This document shows, piece after piece, positions 21,283 to 32,195 of a stretch of DNA of 64,000 bases. The first letter of the stretch is position 1, and every line of letters begins with the position of its first letter. Under the pieces are notes generated by a model that saw only the letters and a list, made by a program, of their open reading frames with translations, made no database searches and was not told the DNA's origin. This stretch comes from Naegleria gruberi (taxonomy: Eukaryota). Both the position numbers and the translations under genes were made by a program. The stretch is from the NCBI GenBank assembly GCA_000004985.1, contig GG738876.1. The stretch is one strand, 5' to 3'.

Positions 21283-21398
21283 TGTCTCATCATATGTATA
21301 TTCTGGGAAAATACATCTACTATTACTACTTAGGTTTTCAAAATAGAATGAGCTTAGAGAGTTCTCGTGGATACATTTTTGAGTTGATTTTTCTCCTC

Positions 21399-22694
21399 TT
21401 AGTTTCTTTTTAAATTATTGTTAAAATTCAAATAAGCTATATTCAAACTTACTAATTTTGGAAGTCTAACTTGTGCTGTTGATAAATTCCATCTTTCTTC
21501 CCTGTCGAAAATATCTACATTTTTAATTTCTTTTTGATTCTCTTGTTGAATTTTTTCCTTCAAATCTAAATAAATATCCAAATCCTTTGATGGAAGTATT
21601 TCTACAGTATTTACCTTTTGAGCCATCTCTGTATCAATTATATTCCAAGAATCTGGATCTGAATCCTTATCCTGTAAAGTGCTGAGTTTTATCTTTTTTC
21701 TTGGCTTTGATGTTGATGGCACAGTTGGTGTTTGTTCAGATTCAGAATCAGACATTGGTAATACCATAGAGCTGGCATCTTGCATTTTGGAGAGAGCATC
21801 CAATTTTTCCTCGTCATAGATAGCATTTATAGATGTTGTAGGATTATATAAATTAGAAATGATCATTTGATCAATTTGATTATACTTGTAGAGATCCACA
21901 ATATTTGTATTTTCATCATTTTGCAAATGCATATTTTCTAATAAATCCCTATCTTTTTCCAATGTGTGAAATTCACTCATTTGGAAATATGGCAATAAAG
22001 AAATGTCATCATCGTACAATACATGATTTGTTACAAATGAATCGTATAAAATTGATCTCAATCTCAAAGATAATTCCATAATTAAATTATGTGACACTTC
22101 TCCAGAGGCTTGATTATTGTTCCAGAAATTACCAAATGTATCCTTATTCACAGTAACTTGTTGATACAATTTATACAATTTATCATTGCTAGCTTGTTGA
22201 AAAATGTTGGAAATCTTCTTTTTAGGAGATCGATCCAATTCTTGAACAAGTGAAAACCACTGATCAGATGATGATGTTTGTAGCATACAAGGAGAACAAC
22301 AAGAAGACGAAGTAGGTGAATAATCAGATGGTGATACAACAGCTCTCCTTCCTCCAACAACAATACCTCCCGACGATGATAACAGTGGTGTATTATTATT
22401 ACCAGGCTTTCTCTTTCTTCGTGTATTTGGTGTTTTCAATTGTGTATTATTATTATTACTAATGCTGCTACTACCACAACTCGTTGAAGATGGTGGAGTA
22501 TTATTTCCACCTCCTTGTTGTTGTTGCAATGTTGTAGTACCATGAATACCACTTGTATTGACCGTCAGTTGATGCTGTTGCTGTTGTTGCTGAAGTAAAG
22601 AAGAAGCTTCGCCAACTTCTTTGCCCGTTATTATTGTTGGTGTTGCTTCATGTAAATGGTTGGGCATTTTTTGGAAATGATAGGTTGGCGCCAA
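21399..22694 (-). CDS. Hypothetical Q/N/S-rich nuclear-type protein
   Basis: 431-aa ORF with poly-Q, poly-N and Ser tracts; no domain recognised. Confidence 0.45.
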   Translation of the reverse strand: MAPTYHFQKMPNHLHEATPTIITGKEVGEASSLLQQQQQQHQLTVNTSGIHGTTTLQQQQGGGNNTPPSSTSCGSSSISNNNNTQLKTPNTRRKRKPGNNNTPLLSSSGGIVVGGRRAVVSPSDYSPTSSSCCSPCMLQTSSSDQWFSLVQELDRSPKKKISNIFQQASNDKLYKLYQQVTVNKDTFGNFWNNNQASGEVSHNLIMELSLRLRSILYDSFVTNHVLYDDDISLLPYFQMSEFHTLEKDRDLLENMHLQNDENTNIVDLYKYNQIDQMIISNLYNPTTSINAIYDEEKLDALSKMQDASSMVLPMSDSESEQTPTVPSTSKPRKKIKLSTLQDKDSDPDSWNIIDTEMAQKVNTVEILPSKDLDIYLDLKEKIQQENQKEIKNVDIFDREERWNLSTAQVRLPKLVSLNIAYLNFNNNLKRN

Positions 22695-22989
22695 ATAATA
22701 TTTTCCTTTTCTCTTCTTGCTTCTTGTGATGGTGATGATGAATTAATTGTCATCATATTGAACAAGAGGATAGATATAATTTGATATGTATGTTAGGAAG
22801 ATGGTTGCTGAAGAAGAATTTTAATGTGAGGATTTGAATTTTGAGTTTTTTGCTTCACCTTCAAGAGAGAAGGTTCTTCATTGAAAAATTAAAGTTAAAA
22901 AAATGTATTGCAATAGTATGTAGGAGATGTTTTTGAAGATTGTTCTAATGTGTTGTGTTATTAATCCTTGTTGTTGTTTGTATTGTGTG

Positions 22990-24499
22990 ATGCGGATTCT
23001 AGTTAGTGAAACAGCACCACTTCATCCTGTAATTTCTAAAAAGACTGGACACTTGTTTGAAAAGAGTTTGATCTTAAAGTATATTGAAGAACACGGAAAG
23101 TGTCCAATTACTGGACAAGATTTAACTCCTAATGATTTAATTGATGTAATTTGTAGGTATCGGATCTTTAATTTCTCTCATCATTGATCATCTTGTATTA
23201 TTGTTCATCTGAATAATTGTTTTAATAGATAAGAAAGGCACTGAATCATCGGTGAAGCCTAGTCAAGCTATTGCCAGTATTCCAAGCATGTTACAAACAT
23301 TCCAAAATGAATGGGACTCTGTAATGTTGGAAACTTTTACTTTGAGACAACAATTGGATAAATCAAGAAAGGAACTTTCACACTCACTTTATCAACATGA
23401 TGCTGCTTGCAGAGTTATTGCAAGATTAATGAAGGATAATGATGACACAAAGAGTATTCTCAGAAAAAATCAAAATAATATGGAAGATGAAACTTCTAAT
23501 ACTCTCTCAGAGACTGTTTCAGAAAGACTTACAAATACTGCAGAAATTCTCTCATCAAATAGAAAACAAAGAACTATTTCACCATCTCTTAAATCACCAG
23601 AGGAAATGTCAAATTCCAACACTCGTTTGTTAAATAGTGAATACAGACTCCATCAAGGAAAGGGTATTCAATCCATTGACGTTTTAAATTCATTGATTTT
23701 AACTGGAGGTAGAGATGGATCAATTTCAGTTTTTGATAAGCAATATAATACTTGTATTGGAGAGTTGAATTCTAATTCTGGACCTGTAAATTGTGCCATT
23801 TTCCACAATACTCCTGAATTTGCCTTTTCAAGTCACAATAGAGATGTTAAAATATGGTCTCTTAAGGATTCTACCTGTCTTCACACTATGGAAAAACTTC
23901 ATTTGGAACGTGTTACTGGACTTGCCTTGCATCAATCTGGTCACTACTTCTTGACATCATCTCTCGATCAGACATGGTCTTTCTGTGAAATTGAAACTGG
24001 AACTAGTTTGTTAAAGAGTAGCAATGATGAATCAGGATATACTTGTATTCAATTCCATCCAGATGGTTTATTATTTGGTACTGGTCTTCAAAATAATGCT
24101 GTAAAGATTTGGGACGTCAAGTCTCAACAAGTAGCTGCTACATTACAAGGACACTCTGGAGAAGTTACCTCACTTTCATTCTCTGAAAATGGTTACTATC
24201 TCGCTTCTTCATCAAAGGATAAGACTGTTCGTATTTGGGATTTAAGAAAAGTGGTACCTCTGCACACATTGCAATTCAATTCACCAGTTAGCAATGCTTC
24301 CTTCGACTATTCTGGTATTTATCTAGGTGCAACCTGTACTGATGGTACTGTTGGAGTTTATCAAGCTAAGGTTTGGACTGAACTCATTAATACAACAGTT
24401 CCAAACACCTGTTCTCCATCAAGCATTCGCTTTGGACCTAATGCTAGTTTTATTGCTGTTTCCGGATTGGAGGACAGCACTTTGCGATTCATTGAATAA
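22990..24499 (+). CDS. PRP19: Pre-mRNA-processing factor 19 (U-box E3 ligase with WD40 repeats); 2 exons
   Basis: U-box LHPVISKKTGHLFEKSLILKYIEEHGKCPITGQDLTPNDLIDV. Intron of about 76 nt (GTAGGT at 23153 ... TTAATAG at 23228). Exon 2 begins ...KKGTESSVKPSQAIASIPSMLQTFQNEWD, follows the conserved SLYQHDAACRVIARL and ends with WD40 repeats. ATG at 22990. Confidence 0.85.
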
Positions 24500-24559
24500 A
24501 AAGAAATTGTAAAGTAAACGAATTTAACACGAACTTCGAGATCAAAAAACAAGAAAAAA

Positions 24560-25478
24560 ATGGGTGTAGACGTTACCGTGCTAATGGTCAATCTGGACCA
24601 ATTTGAAGATTTGGGTATGCATCTACTTTTTTACTTTATTATTTAATACTTTGTAAATAGCTGAGAAACTTGTCTCCGATGAAACAGAAGATCCATCTTC
24701 CTACAAACAAGATTTGTTAGAATTAGATAGCAGATTTTATATTAACAGTTTCCGCTTGAGAGCTGCCGGTGAATTAGCAAAATTTGCAGCTAAATTCGGA
24801 TTATCAGAAACTTGGTCTGATTCAACCCAATTAGATGAATTGTTGTGTAGTATTGGCACATTTAGACAAGACAGTACAATCATACTAACTCAGGAAAACT
24901 CTGATGAAGTGGAGGAATATGTTGAATTTCCTAACTTGATTGAGTTGGGAGAAGCTTACCAATCAGTTGCAGAGTACACTTTCACATTCATTCATCCACT
25001 TTTGATTGCAGAATTGAGTGCTCATTTCGAACATCAAAATAGCATTCCTATTGAATTATTGGAAAAAGTATTCGAAAATGAATATGAAGAATATGTTCGT
25101 CCAAAGAAATTGAGAAAACCAAATTCCAATGAAGAAAGCATCGATGGAATAAGAGAATGGTTAAGCCATAATGATGAATATGTATTCTTCACCAATATCC
25201 TATTGTATTACAATACACCTGAACGTGTCTTTTCTCTTTTGGAAAAACCAAAAATTGGAAAGGAAAAAGTGAAAAATATTTTACAACCACTGCTGATGAA
25301 ATTTGAAGATATTGCAGATGAATATTGGATTTTAATTATGGAATTTATTGAAGATCCATTTTCATTGACAAGATTTGGAATGGCTCATTCGAAATTCTAC
25401 AATATTCTTTGTAAGAATCGAAAAGAATGGTATGCAGAATTCAAAAGAAATATTGGATTATTCTCATACCTGAGCTAA
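24560..25478 (+). CDS. Hypothetical protein, 2 exons
   Basis: ATG at 24560; exon 1 24560..24614 (MGVDVTVLMVNLDQFEDLG). 46-nt intron 24615..24660 (GTATGC...TAAATAG) restores the frame of ORF 24714..25478. No domain recognised. Confidence 0.55.
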
Positions 25479-25603
25479 TTACCCTTCAAATGTTCTTCAC
25501 ATTGTACGAATTAGTTCTTGTTTTGCTAGATCATTAAATTTATTAAAGCATTCTCTAATAATTTGTAAGAAAGTATTCAATTAATTTAAAAAGAGTTCCA
25601 GCA

Positions 25604-26338
25604 ATGTATGTTGCTAATCAAGCTGTATTGGCATTGTATTCATCTGGAAAGACTAATGGAATGGTTATGGATTCAAGAGATGGAATTACACATGCTGTTC
25701 CAATTAATGATGGATTTGCCGTTTCAGATGCAATTGTGAGTTTAGAATTGGCAGGCAGTGACATTACTGATTGTTTAATGGAAATGTTGAAGGGGAAAGG
25801 GTTTCCTCAACTCCAATCCTTAACAAACGAAAGAAGAATCTTTAGAGATATTAAGGAGAAGCACTGTTATATTTCTCTTGATTTCAATACTGAAATGGTA
25901 AATGAAACATCTTTATCTATTCAAAGAGAATATGAACTACCAGATGGGTCTATCATTCCAATTGATAAAGAACGATTCAAATGCACAGAAGTTCTTTTCC
26001 AACCAAATTTGATGGAATTAGAATGTGCCTCCATTCATGAAACTATTCTCAGCTCAATTGGTAAATGTAATATTGAAATGAGAAAGAATTTGTTCAGTAA
26101 CATTCATATATCAGGTGGAAATACAATGTTTGAGGGAATTTCTGAACTATTGACCAAGGAACTGACTGCACTAGCTCCATCTGCAATGAATGTTAAGATT
26201 ATTGCTCCTCCTAAGAGGAAATATTCTGTTTGGATTGGTGGTTCGATTCTTGCGAGTTTTATTGAACATGATATGTGGCTTTCGAAAGAGAATTATGAAG
26301 AATTTGGATATGAAGTTGTTCATAGAAAGTGTTATTGA
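25604..26338 (+). CDS. N-terminally truncated actin-like protein (aligns to actin residues about 132-375 only)
   Basis: MYVANQAVLALYSSGKTNGMVMDSRDGITHAVPI...LAGSDITDCLM...IKEKHCYISLDF...YELPDGSIIPI..ERFKCTEVLFQP...ISGGNTMFEGI...KYSVWIGGSILAS..HRKCY is colinear with the actin C-terminal two-thirds. Only about 125 nt separate it from the upstream gene, so subdomain-1 and the phosphate-1 loop are not encoded. Confidence 0.75.
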   Translation: MYVANQAVLALYSSGKTNGMVMDSRDGITHAVPINDGFAVSDAIVSLELAGSDITDCLMEMLKGKGFPQLQSLTNERRIFRDIKEKHCYISLDFNTEMVNETSLSIQREYELPDGSIIPIDKERFKCTEVLFQPNLMELECASIHETILSSIGKCNIEMRKNLFSNIHISGGNTMFEGISELLTKELTALAPSAMNVKIIAPPKRKYSVWIGGSILASFIEHDMWLSKENYEEFGYEVVHRKCY

Positions 26339-26675
26339 GTTCAGTATTCTTCTTGCTGGAATACTATTGATCACCATTCAGAGATGTCAGATGCGAAGAA
26401 CGCAGAAGTGTTTGTTGTTTGTAAAAATTATTACGGAAATATTTACTGAAATTTGTTTTAGTTATTCGAAAGAAATGCATTTACGAATCCACAAAGATGC
26501 ATCATCATATCTTAAAGGATAATAATGCCGATCCAGTAGGGCGGCAATCCTCTTATTTCTAACAATTTGTACGAAACCAAGTTGAAATTGTAGAATCTTG
26601 TTTGTAAATGGAAAGAGATGGTATTTTACAAATTAATTTAAACTGTCCCTAGTACGTACATTTTGTTTGAAATGA

Positions 26676-28520
26676 TTGAAAGAAAGTAAGAGTAAAGGGT
26701 TTATTAATCATTCAAAAAGAATGTCAACAATACTTTCGAATAGTTTATTCATCATTACTTTACTCTTGCTTGTTGTTTCGAATAGTTACCAATCAACCAA
26801 CAACAGCAACTTGACAACCGTTACTTCATTCTACTACCCACAATACGAATGTCTCAAACACACTCCAGTCAACCAATTCTACTATCCTTTCATGTTCACT
26901 CTCGATACTCCCTTCTATGATTATTGTAAATTGCCAACGATTGGAAATGCACCACAAGATTTCTATAAGGACTCTCAATTGATCAGTTCATTATTGGATG
27001 GTTCATTCTCTTGTGTTGATTTCCTGTGTTCCAATGACAAGGAATGGAACCTTTCGAATAAGACTCAGCTCACTACACTTGGAGTCATGTGGAATTATTG
27101 TTTTTATTGTAATACTGAGGGAAGAAATTCATCATCAATTAATTCGACAAGTGAAATATTTAGAGAAAAACTAATGTTGGGTCAATGTGATGCATTTTCA
27201 ATTGCAAATTCATCGTTGAATTTCTTGGAGAATTTCAATCGAGTTTCGAATAGGCATTGTAATGGAGATAGCTATGTGGAGAGACGTCATTTACCATTCC
27301 TTGAATATTACTTTTTCCAAACAGATTACTTTATCAATTCGTTTGCTAGATATAGAAAGAATAATTTCAATGAAGTTTATTCTGATGCAAAGACTTACAT
27401 TTCCAAAGTTAAACTTCAATCCATTCTCACCTTTTATTTTAAAGATTTATTCGAAAGGTCAACACTTGATTCAGCCCCTCTCAACATTCCAGTTTCATGT
27501 TGGTGTGATTATGGATCTAGCTCCAAAACCATTGGTTTTCAATGCTACGATTATTATCAGGGATGGCAATTATTATGTACCTATAGAATATGTGTTGTGA
27601 TATTTACTCTATTATATGGCAGTTGTTCATTGTTTTATTCATTGGTTTTGGTGGTACCGAGAATTGTGGAGAGAATTTCCTCATTCAAACAGAGAAATGA
27701 TATTAGATTAATGGAAACTAATTGTAAGAAACCTCTCTATTTCATTAGACATTTTTTAGATATTGTAACACAACCTCCAATTTTCTTTACATTATCTGCA
27801 TTCTTTGGAATGTTGGAAAACTGTTTCAGATTTCTATTTAATTTTAGTGTTTTTAATGGATTTTTCAATTCTTTCTATTCGGGAATTTTTAGATCGATTT
27901 CAATTGGTTTGGCATGTTGTGGATATTCTGCATTGGTTATTTCATGGGCTCATGTGATTGATTTGGCAAAGAGAAAGACATCCTCTGCTCCCTTTTCAAG
28001 TCAATTGTCAAAATTGAATGTTGTAATCTTGACAATTTGTTACATTGGCATGTTAATATCAGGAATTGTGAGTGCAATCATTTTGATTGTTGTGAAGAAC
28101 TCATCTACTGGTTATATCTTCTTGACAGTTGCTGTACTGATCTATCTCTTTACATTTGTAGTTGGCTTTGCATTTTATGGAATCAAGATTTTACTTTCCC
28201 TCAGAAAAACCTCAGATACTAGCTCAATTATTGAGTATCGTTTCACCAAATTCATTCTATTAGAAACGGTCTTCTTCCTTATTGGTTGGATTGTTTCACT
28301 CTTCATGTTAGTTTCGTACGTGTTTGGTTTCGATTCGATGGGACTTTTCTGGGGACTCAATAGAAATATTTTCATGGATACCATGTTGAATGCAGTTTCC
28401 ATTCTCTCATGTTACATTACTTTCAATAGGAATGCATTCGAAATGGTGTATGGAAAGAAGTTTCTTTCATTGTGTTCATGTGAAAAGAATAATGATACTA
28501 CAAGTGATAATAAACAATAA
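26676..28520 (+). CDS. 7-transmembrane receptor-like protein with signal peptide and Cys-rich N-terminal ectodomain
   Basis: Signal peptide. An ectodomain of about 300 aa carries about 13 Cys and many N-glycosylation sequons. Seven hydrophobic helices follow (VVIFTLLYGSCSLFYSLVLVV ... ISIGLACCGYSALVISWAHVI ... IFMDTMLNAVSILSCYITF), then a short tail. Confidence 0.6.
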   Translation: MKESKSKGFINHSKRMSTILSNSLFIITLLLLVVSNSYQSTNNSNLTTVTSFYYPQYECLKHTPVNQFYYPFMFTLDTPFYDYCKLPTIGNAPQDFYKDSQLISSLLDGSFSCVDFLCSNDKEWNLSNKTQLTTLGVMWNYCFYCNTEGRNSSSINSTSEIFREKLMLGQCDAFSIANSSLNFLENFNRVSNRHCNGDSYVERRHLPFLEYYFFQTDYFINSFARYRKNNFNEVYSDAKTYISKVKLQSILTFYFKDLFERSTLDSAPLNIPVSCWCDYGSSSKTIGFQCYDYYQGWQLLCTYRICVVIFTLLYGSCSLFYSLVLVVPRIVERISSFKQRNDIRLMETNCKKPLYFIRHFLDIVTQPPIFFTLSAFFGMLENCFRFLFNFSVFNGFFNSFYSGIFRSISIGLACCGYSALVISWAHVIDLAKRKTSSAPFSSQLSKLNVVILTICYIGMLISGIVSAIILIVVKNSSTGYIFLTVAVLIYLFTFVVGFAFYGIKILLSLRKTSDTSSIIEYRFTKFILLETVFFLIGWIVSLFMLVSYVFGFDSMGLFWGLNRNIFMDTMLNAVSILSCYITFNRNAFEMVYGKKFLSLCSCEKNNDTTSDNKQ

Positions 28521-29047
28521 TGTGATTGGTAAAGGATTGAATATTCTTGATCTCTGTTTCAATTTTCGTTCAAACTTGCACCTCATCTCCCATTTTCCTT
28601 GAAATTCAATTGTTCGGAGATGAGTGGGAGTTATTAATTGAAAATTCCGCAGTAGTAAGCACAATCTGTTCACAAGTCCATTACTTCTCCTCATGAAATC
28701 ATCAATTAATATTGAAAATTATTTGGATGTAGATATTGCAATTTCCTTCGTGTTCTCCATCTTTATTTCTCTGTGCATTATCAAAAACTACACACAGGTG
28801 CGCCCAATGATTGATCAATATTGAACCTTTTTTCATTCCTCCCACACGTGTGTGCTCCCTATCAATCATTAAGAGCATCAACATGATCCATTCAACAAAT
28901 GCAAGAGAGGCTCTCTTGAAAATTTTGGCGCGCAACTAAAATCTATGTGATTGTGTATTTGAGACTGATGGGAAGATGCTTTGAAAAAATATCTTTTTAA
29001 AATAATTTTAAATAAATTATTGTTGAAGAAAATTGATTCTAGAAAAA

Positions 29048-32017
29048 ATGTCTTCGTACGGAACGCACGGCGATGGTGGAGATGGGTTGGAATCGAGTAA
29101 ACAACTCAATGTGCTCCAAAAGATTGCTAGAAATAGAGTGGTGAATATTGTTGGTGCGATAATATTATCAATTATTTTATTATTGAGTATTGGATGTTGT
29201 GTTGTTGTTGGTGTGCTTCATTCACATTTGCTTTTCCAATGTGGATTTGCTGAATTTATATTTATGTTACTTCTTGAAGGCGCTACATTCTTCTTCTGTA
29301 TTTATCACTTGTACAATATTTACAAGTTTTTCAAGACTAGAGCACGACACTCTGGTAAGAAGGGAATTTCCGCTATTGTTGCTGCTTTATGTTCATCAGA
29401 AGTAAATCAATACAATGCATATTCTGATTCCAGACAAGGAAATGAAGAAGATGATTTTGATGATGAAGAAGATGATGAAGATGACGAAGAAGAGGAGGAA
29501 GAAGAAAGCAAATTTTCCAAGTTTGTTGTCGGCTTTTTGAAGATTGCTGCCAATGCTATTGCTGTTTTATGTTTCATCATTTTGGTACTTTTCACAGTTG
29601 TTGTCGTTCCATTGCAACAACAAACCTACCCAACTTATAACGGTACTCTTAAACTTCCAAAGTTTACACCAAAGGGATCTTCTGCTCCTACAATTTCACG
29701 TGAAAGTAATGGTGTTGTTCACATCAAGGCTTCACACGATTATGATTTATATTTCGCACAAGGTGTAGCTGTTGCTCAAGATCGTTTGTGGCAATTGGAA
29801 TTTAATCGTAGATTGTCAAATGGTATTTTGGCTGAAGTTGCTGGTGCTGATGCTGTCAATGTTGACAGTTGGTTCAGAACTCTCGGATTTGCTCGTTCTG
29901 CTGCCAACATTTTACCAACCATTGATGCTGAAACTCTTTCATTCATTCAAGCATATTGTGATGGTATTAACTCTTATATTAATAGTAATCCACCACTTCA
30001 ACCTGAATTTGTTCTCCTCAACACTAAACCAGTTGAATGGACTCCAAGTGATGTTATTGCTTATATGAAGTTTGTTTCATTCTCTCTTTCTGATAATATG
30101 GAAAAGGAAGTTTGGAGATTCAAGATGATGCAAAGAAATATCACAAAGGACAGAGTTAACGAATTGGTTCCTTTCTACCCAACTGATATGCCAACTATTT
30201 TGAGTTTGGAAGAAATGAATTTGCAAAACGTTCCAGTTGAAGAAAGAGAAAAGATTGAAAAGGCTCAACAAGATGATTCTGCTGCTTTTATTCCAAAGGC
30301 TATTCACAATTTGACCATGTCTGTCATGGAAGAAATGTTCGCTTCATTGGAAGAATCTGGTGAATGGGGTAAACAAGCTGTCAGATCAGTTTTGAAGGGT
30401 ATGGTTGCTCCAGATATCACTGGTAACAAGGCCTCAAACAATTGGGTTCTCGGAACCAAGATTACAGCAAACAATGGATCATTGTTGGCTAACGATCCTC
30501 ATTTGGATTTGACTGCTCCAGGTATTTGGTATTTGGCTCATTTGGAAGGTCCAACTCACAATGTTATTGGTTCTACTTTTGTTGGTCTTCCAGGTATTGT
30601 TATTGGTAAGAATGATTTCATTTCATGGGGTGTTACTACTGGTCTTGTTGATGCTCAAGATTTGTACGTCATGTCCGAAGTTGAAGAAGGTAAAACTTAC
30701 AACTACAATGGTAAAGTTCTCCAATATGAAACTCGTACCGAAACTATTAATGTTAAGGGAGCTGCTGCCAAGACTATTACTGTTAAGGAATCTGTCTACG
30801 GTCCAGTTATTAATGACCACTACCAAGTTGATGGTAACGTTTTGTGTTTGAAGTCTTTGACTACCTACACTAATGATACCACACTCCAAGCTTTCCTCAA
30901 GTTGAACAGAGAAGCTAAGGATTGGAACTCATTTGTTGATGTTGTCTCCTTGTTCGTTTCCCCATCCCAAAACTTTGTCTTTGCTGACAAGAGTGGTAAC
31001 ATTGGTTACTATTTGGCTGGTTTGGTTCCAATTAGAAAGGAAGGTCACAATGGTAGATTCCCAGTTATTGGTGATGGTAGCTATGATTGGCAAGGATTTA
31101 TTCCAGCTGCTGAAAAGCCAAGCGTTTACAATCCAAAGAAGGATTACATTGCTTCTGCAAACAACAGAGTTACTCCTGTTGGTTACAAGTACAGTATTAC
31201 CCAAGATTGGTACTCTTTCTATAGAGCTAGCAGAATTGTCTCATTGATTGAAACTGCTATTGAAAAGGGAACTCCACTCAATTTTGAATACATGAAGAAG
31301 ATGCAACACGACGTTCACTCACCAGTCTTTGATCAATTCAAGTTTGTTTTTGAAGCTATTCCAAAGTTCAGAAATCTCACTGAAAATAAGGAAAAGTTGA
31401 GAGAAAAGTTGATTAATTGGGACGGTGATGAAATTTTGTACTCTCAATCTGCTTCCATCTTTGAAATGTGGTACAAGATTATGGGTAACCTCACCAAGGT
31501 TGAAACTGTCAATAGATGGTCTTTCGGTCCATATCTTTACAATGCCTTGAAGAATGGTGATAGTGCTTGTGAAAATTATCACAACACTACTTGTATGTTG
31601 TTCGCTATTGACAGCTTTGAAAATGCCATTGATGCTCTTGAAGCCACTTACGGTTCTATTCCATTGTGGGGTTCTGATATTCACGAATCTGAATTCCCTA
31701 ACCCGGTAATGGATAATACTGTTCTCAAATGTTTGGCTGGAGCTACTCGTACTACTGTTGGTGGTTCTTCAACCATTAATGTTGGTGAAACTCAATATCC
31801 TGCCCTCAATTCAAGATGGGGTGTTTCTTATAGACAAGTTGTTGATTGGCGAGGCAATCAAGCTTCATTCATCATTCCACTCGGTCAATCTGGTAACTTC
31901 TTATCTCCTCTTTACACCAACTTGTTAGAAATGTGGTCTGACCCAACTGGTCAATACTTGGACATGAAATCTGCTGGTTACACTGCAACCAATACCCTTT
32001 CTCTTTCCTCTCAATAA
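29048..32017 (+). CDS. Membrane-anchored penicillin-amidase-family Ntn hydrolase (peptidase S45; AHL-acylase/aculeacin-acylase-like)
   Basis: N-terminal TM helices, poly-acidic linker EEDDFDDEEDDEDDEEEEEEE, further TM helix, then the full amidase domain. The beta-subunit N-terminal nucleophile context is GNKASNNWVLGTKITANNGSLLANDPHLDLTAPGIWYLAHL (compare E. coli PGA SNMWVIG...VNGPQFGW). ATG at 29048. Confidence 0.8.
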   Translation: MSSYGTHGDGGDGLESSKQLNVLQKIARNRVVNIVGAIILSIILLLSIGCCVVVGVLHSHLLFQCGFAEFIFMLLLEGATFFFCIYHLYNIYKFFKTRARHSGKKGISAIVAALCSSEVNQYNAYSDSRQGNEEDDFDDEEDDEDDEEEEEEESKFSKFVVGFLKIAANAIAVLCFIILVLFTVVVVPLQQQTYPTYNGTLKLPKFTPKGSSAPTISRESNGVVHIKASHDYDLYFAQGVAVAQDRLWQLEFNRRLSNGILAEVAGADAVNVDSWFRTLGFARSAANILPTIDAETLSFIQAYCDGINSYINSNPPLQPEFVLLNTKPVEWTPSDVIAYMKFVSFSLSDNMEKEVWRFKMMQRNITKDRVNELVPFYPTDMPTILSLEEMNLQNVPVEEREKIEKAQQDDSAAFIPKAIHNLTMSVMEEMFASLEESGEWGKQAVRSVLKGMVAPDITGNKASNNWVLGTKITANNGSLLANDPHLDLTAPGIWYLAHLEGPTHNVIGSTFVGLPGIVIGKNDFISWGVTTGLVDAQDLYVMSEVEEGKTYNYNGKVLQYETRTETINVKGAAAKTITVKESVYGPVINDHYQVDGNVLCLKSLTTYTNDTTLQAFLKLNREAKDWNSFVDVVSLFVSPSQNFVFADKSGNIGYYLAGLVPIRKEGHNGRFPVIGDGSYDWQGFIPAAEKPSVYNPKKDYIASANNRVTPVGYKYSITQDWYSFYRASRIVSLIETAIEKGTPLNFEYMKKMQHDVHSPVFDQFKFVFEAIPKFRNLTENKEKLREKLINWDGDEILYSQSASIFEMWYKIMGNLTKVETVNRWSFGPYLYNALKNGDSACENYHNTTCMLFAIDSFENAIDALEATYGSIPLWGSDIHESEFPNPVMDNTVLKCLAGATRTTVGGSSTINVGETQYPALNSRWGVSYRQVVDWRGNQASFIIPLGQSGNFLSPLYTNLLEMWSDPTGQYLDMKSAGYTATNTLSLSSQ

Positions 32018-32195
32018 TTTAAAGTCATTATTAAATAAATAATCTAGTTTGTATATATTTACTGTTGTTGTTAATATGAAAGAAGCGTTTCTGTGGCGAA
32101 ATTCAACATCTTCAACTGGATTCACTGAGGTTTGATCATTGTCACTTTTCAATATCTTCCTGAAAAGGGCACAAACTAAAGTTGAAAAAAACAAA

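Noticed and set aside
21283-21398. Possible intron joining ORF 21399..22694 to ORF 20236..21282 (GTAAGT right after the last sense codon, TTTTCCCAG acceptor downstream)
   Set aside because: The phases do not match: splicing GTAAGT...CCCAG runs into a stop within 20 codons. I therefore keep them as two adjacent genes; RNA-seq could overturn this.
26171-26522. Small ORFs (26171..26377 minus, 26190..26522 plus) at the 3' end of the actin-like gene
   Set aside because: They overlap the actin-like coding or 3' region in other frames, have no homology signal and no start context. They are likely chance ORFs in AT-rich DNA.
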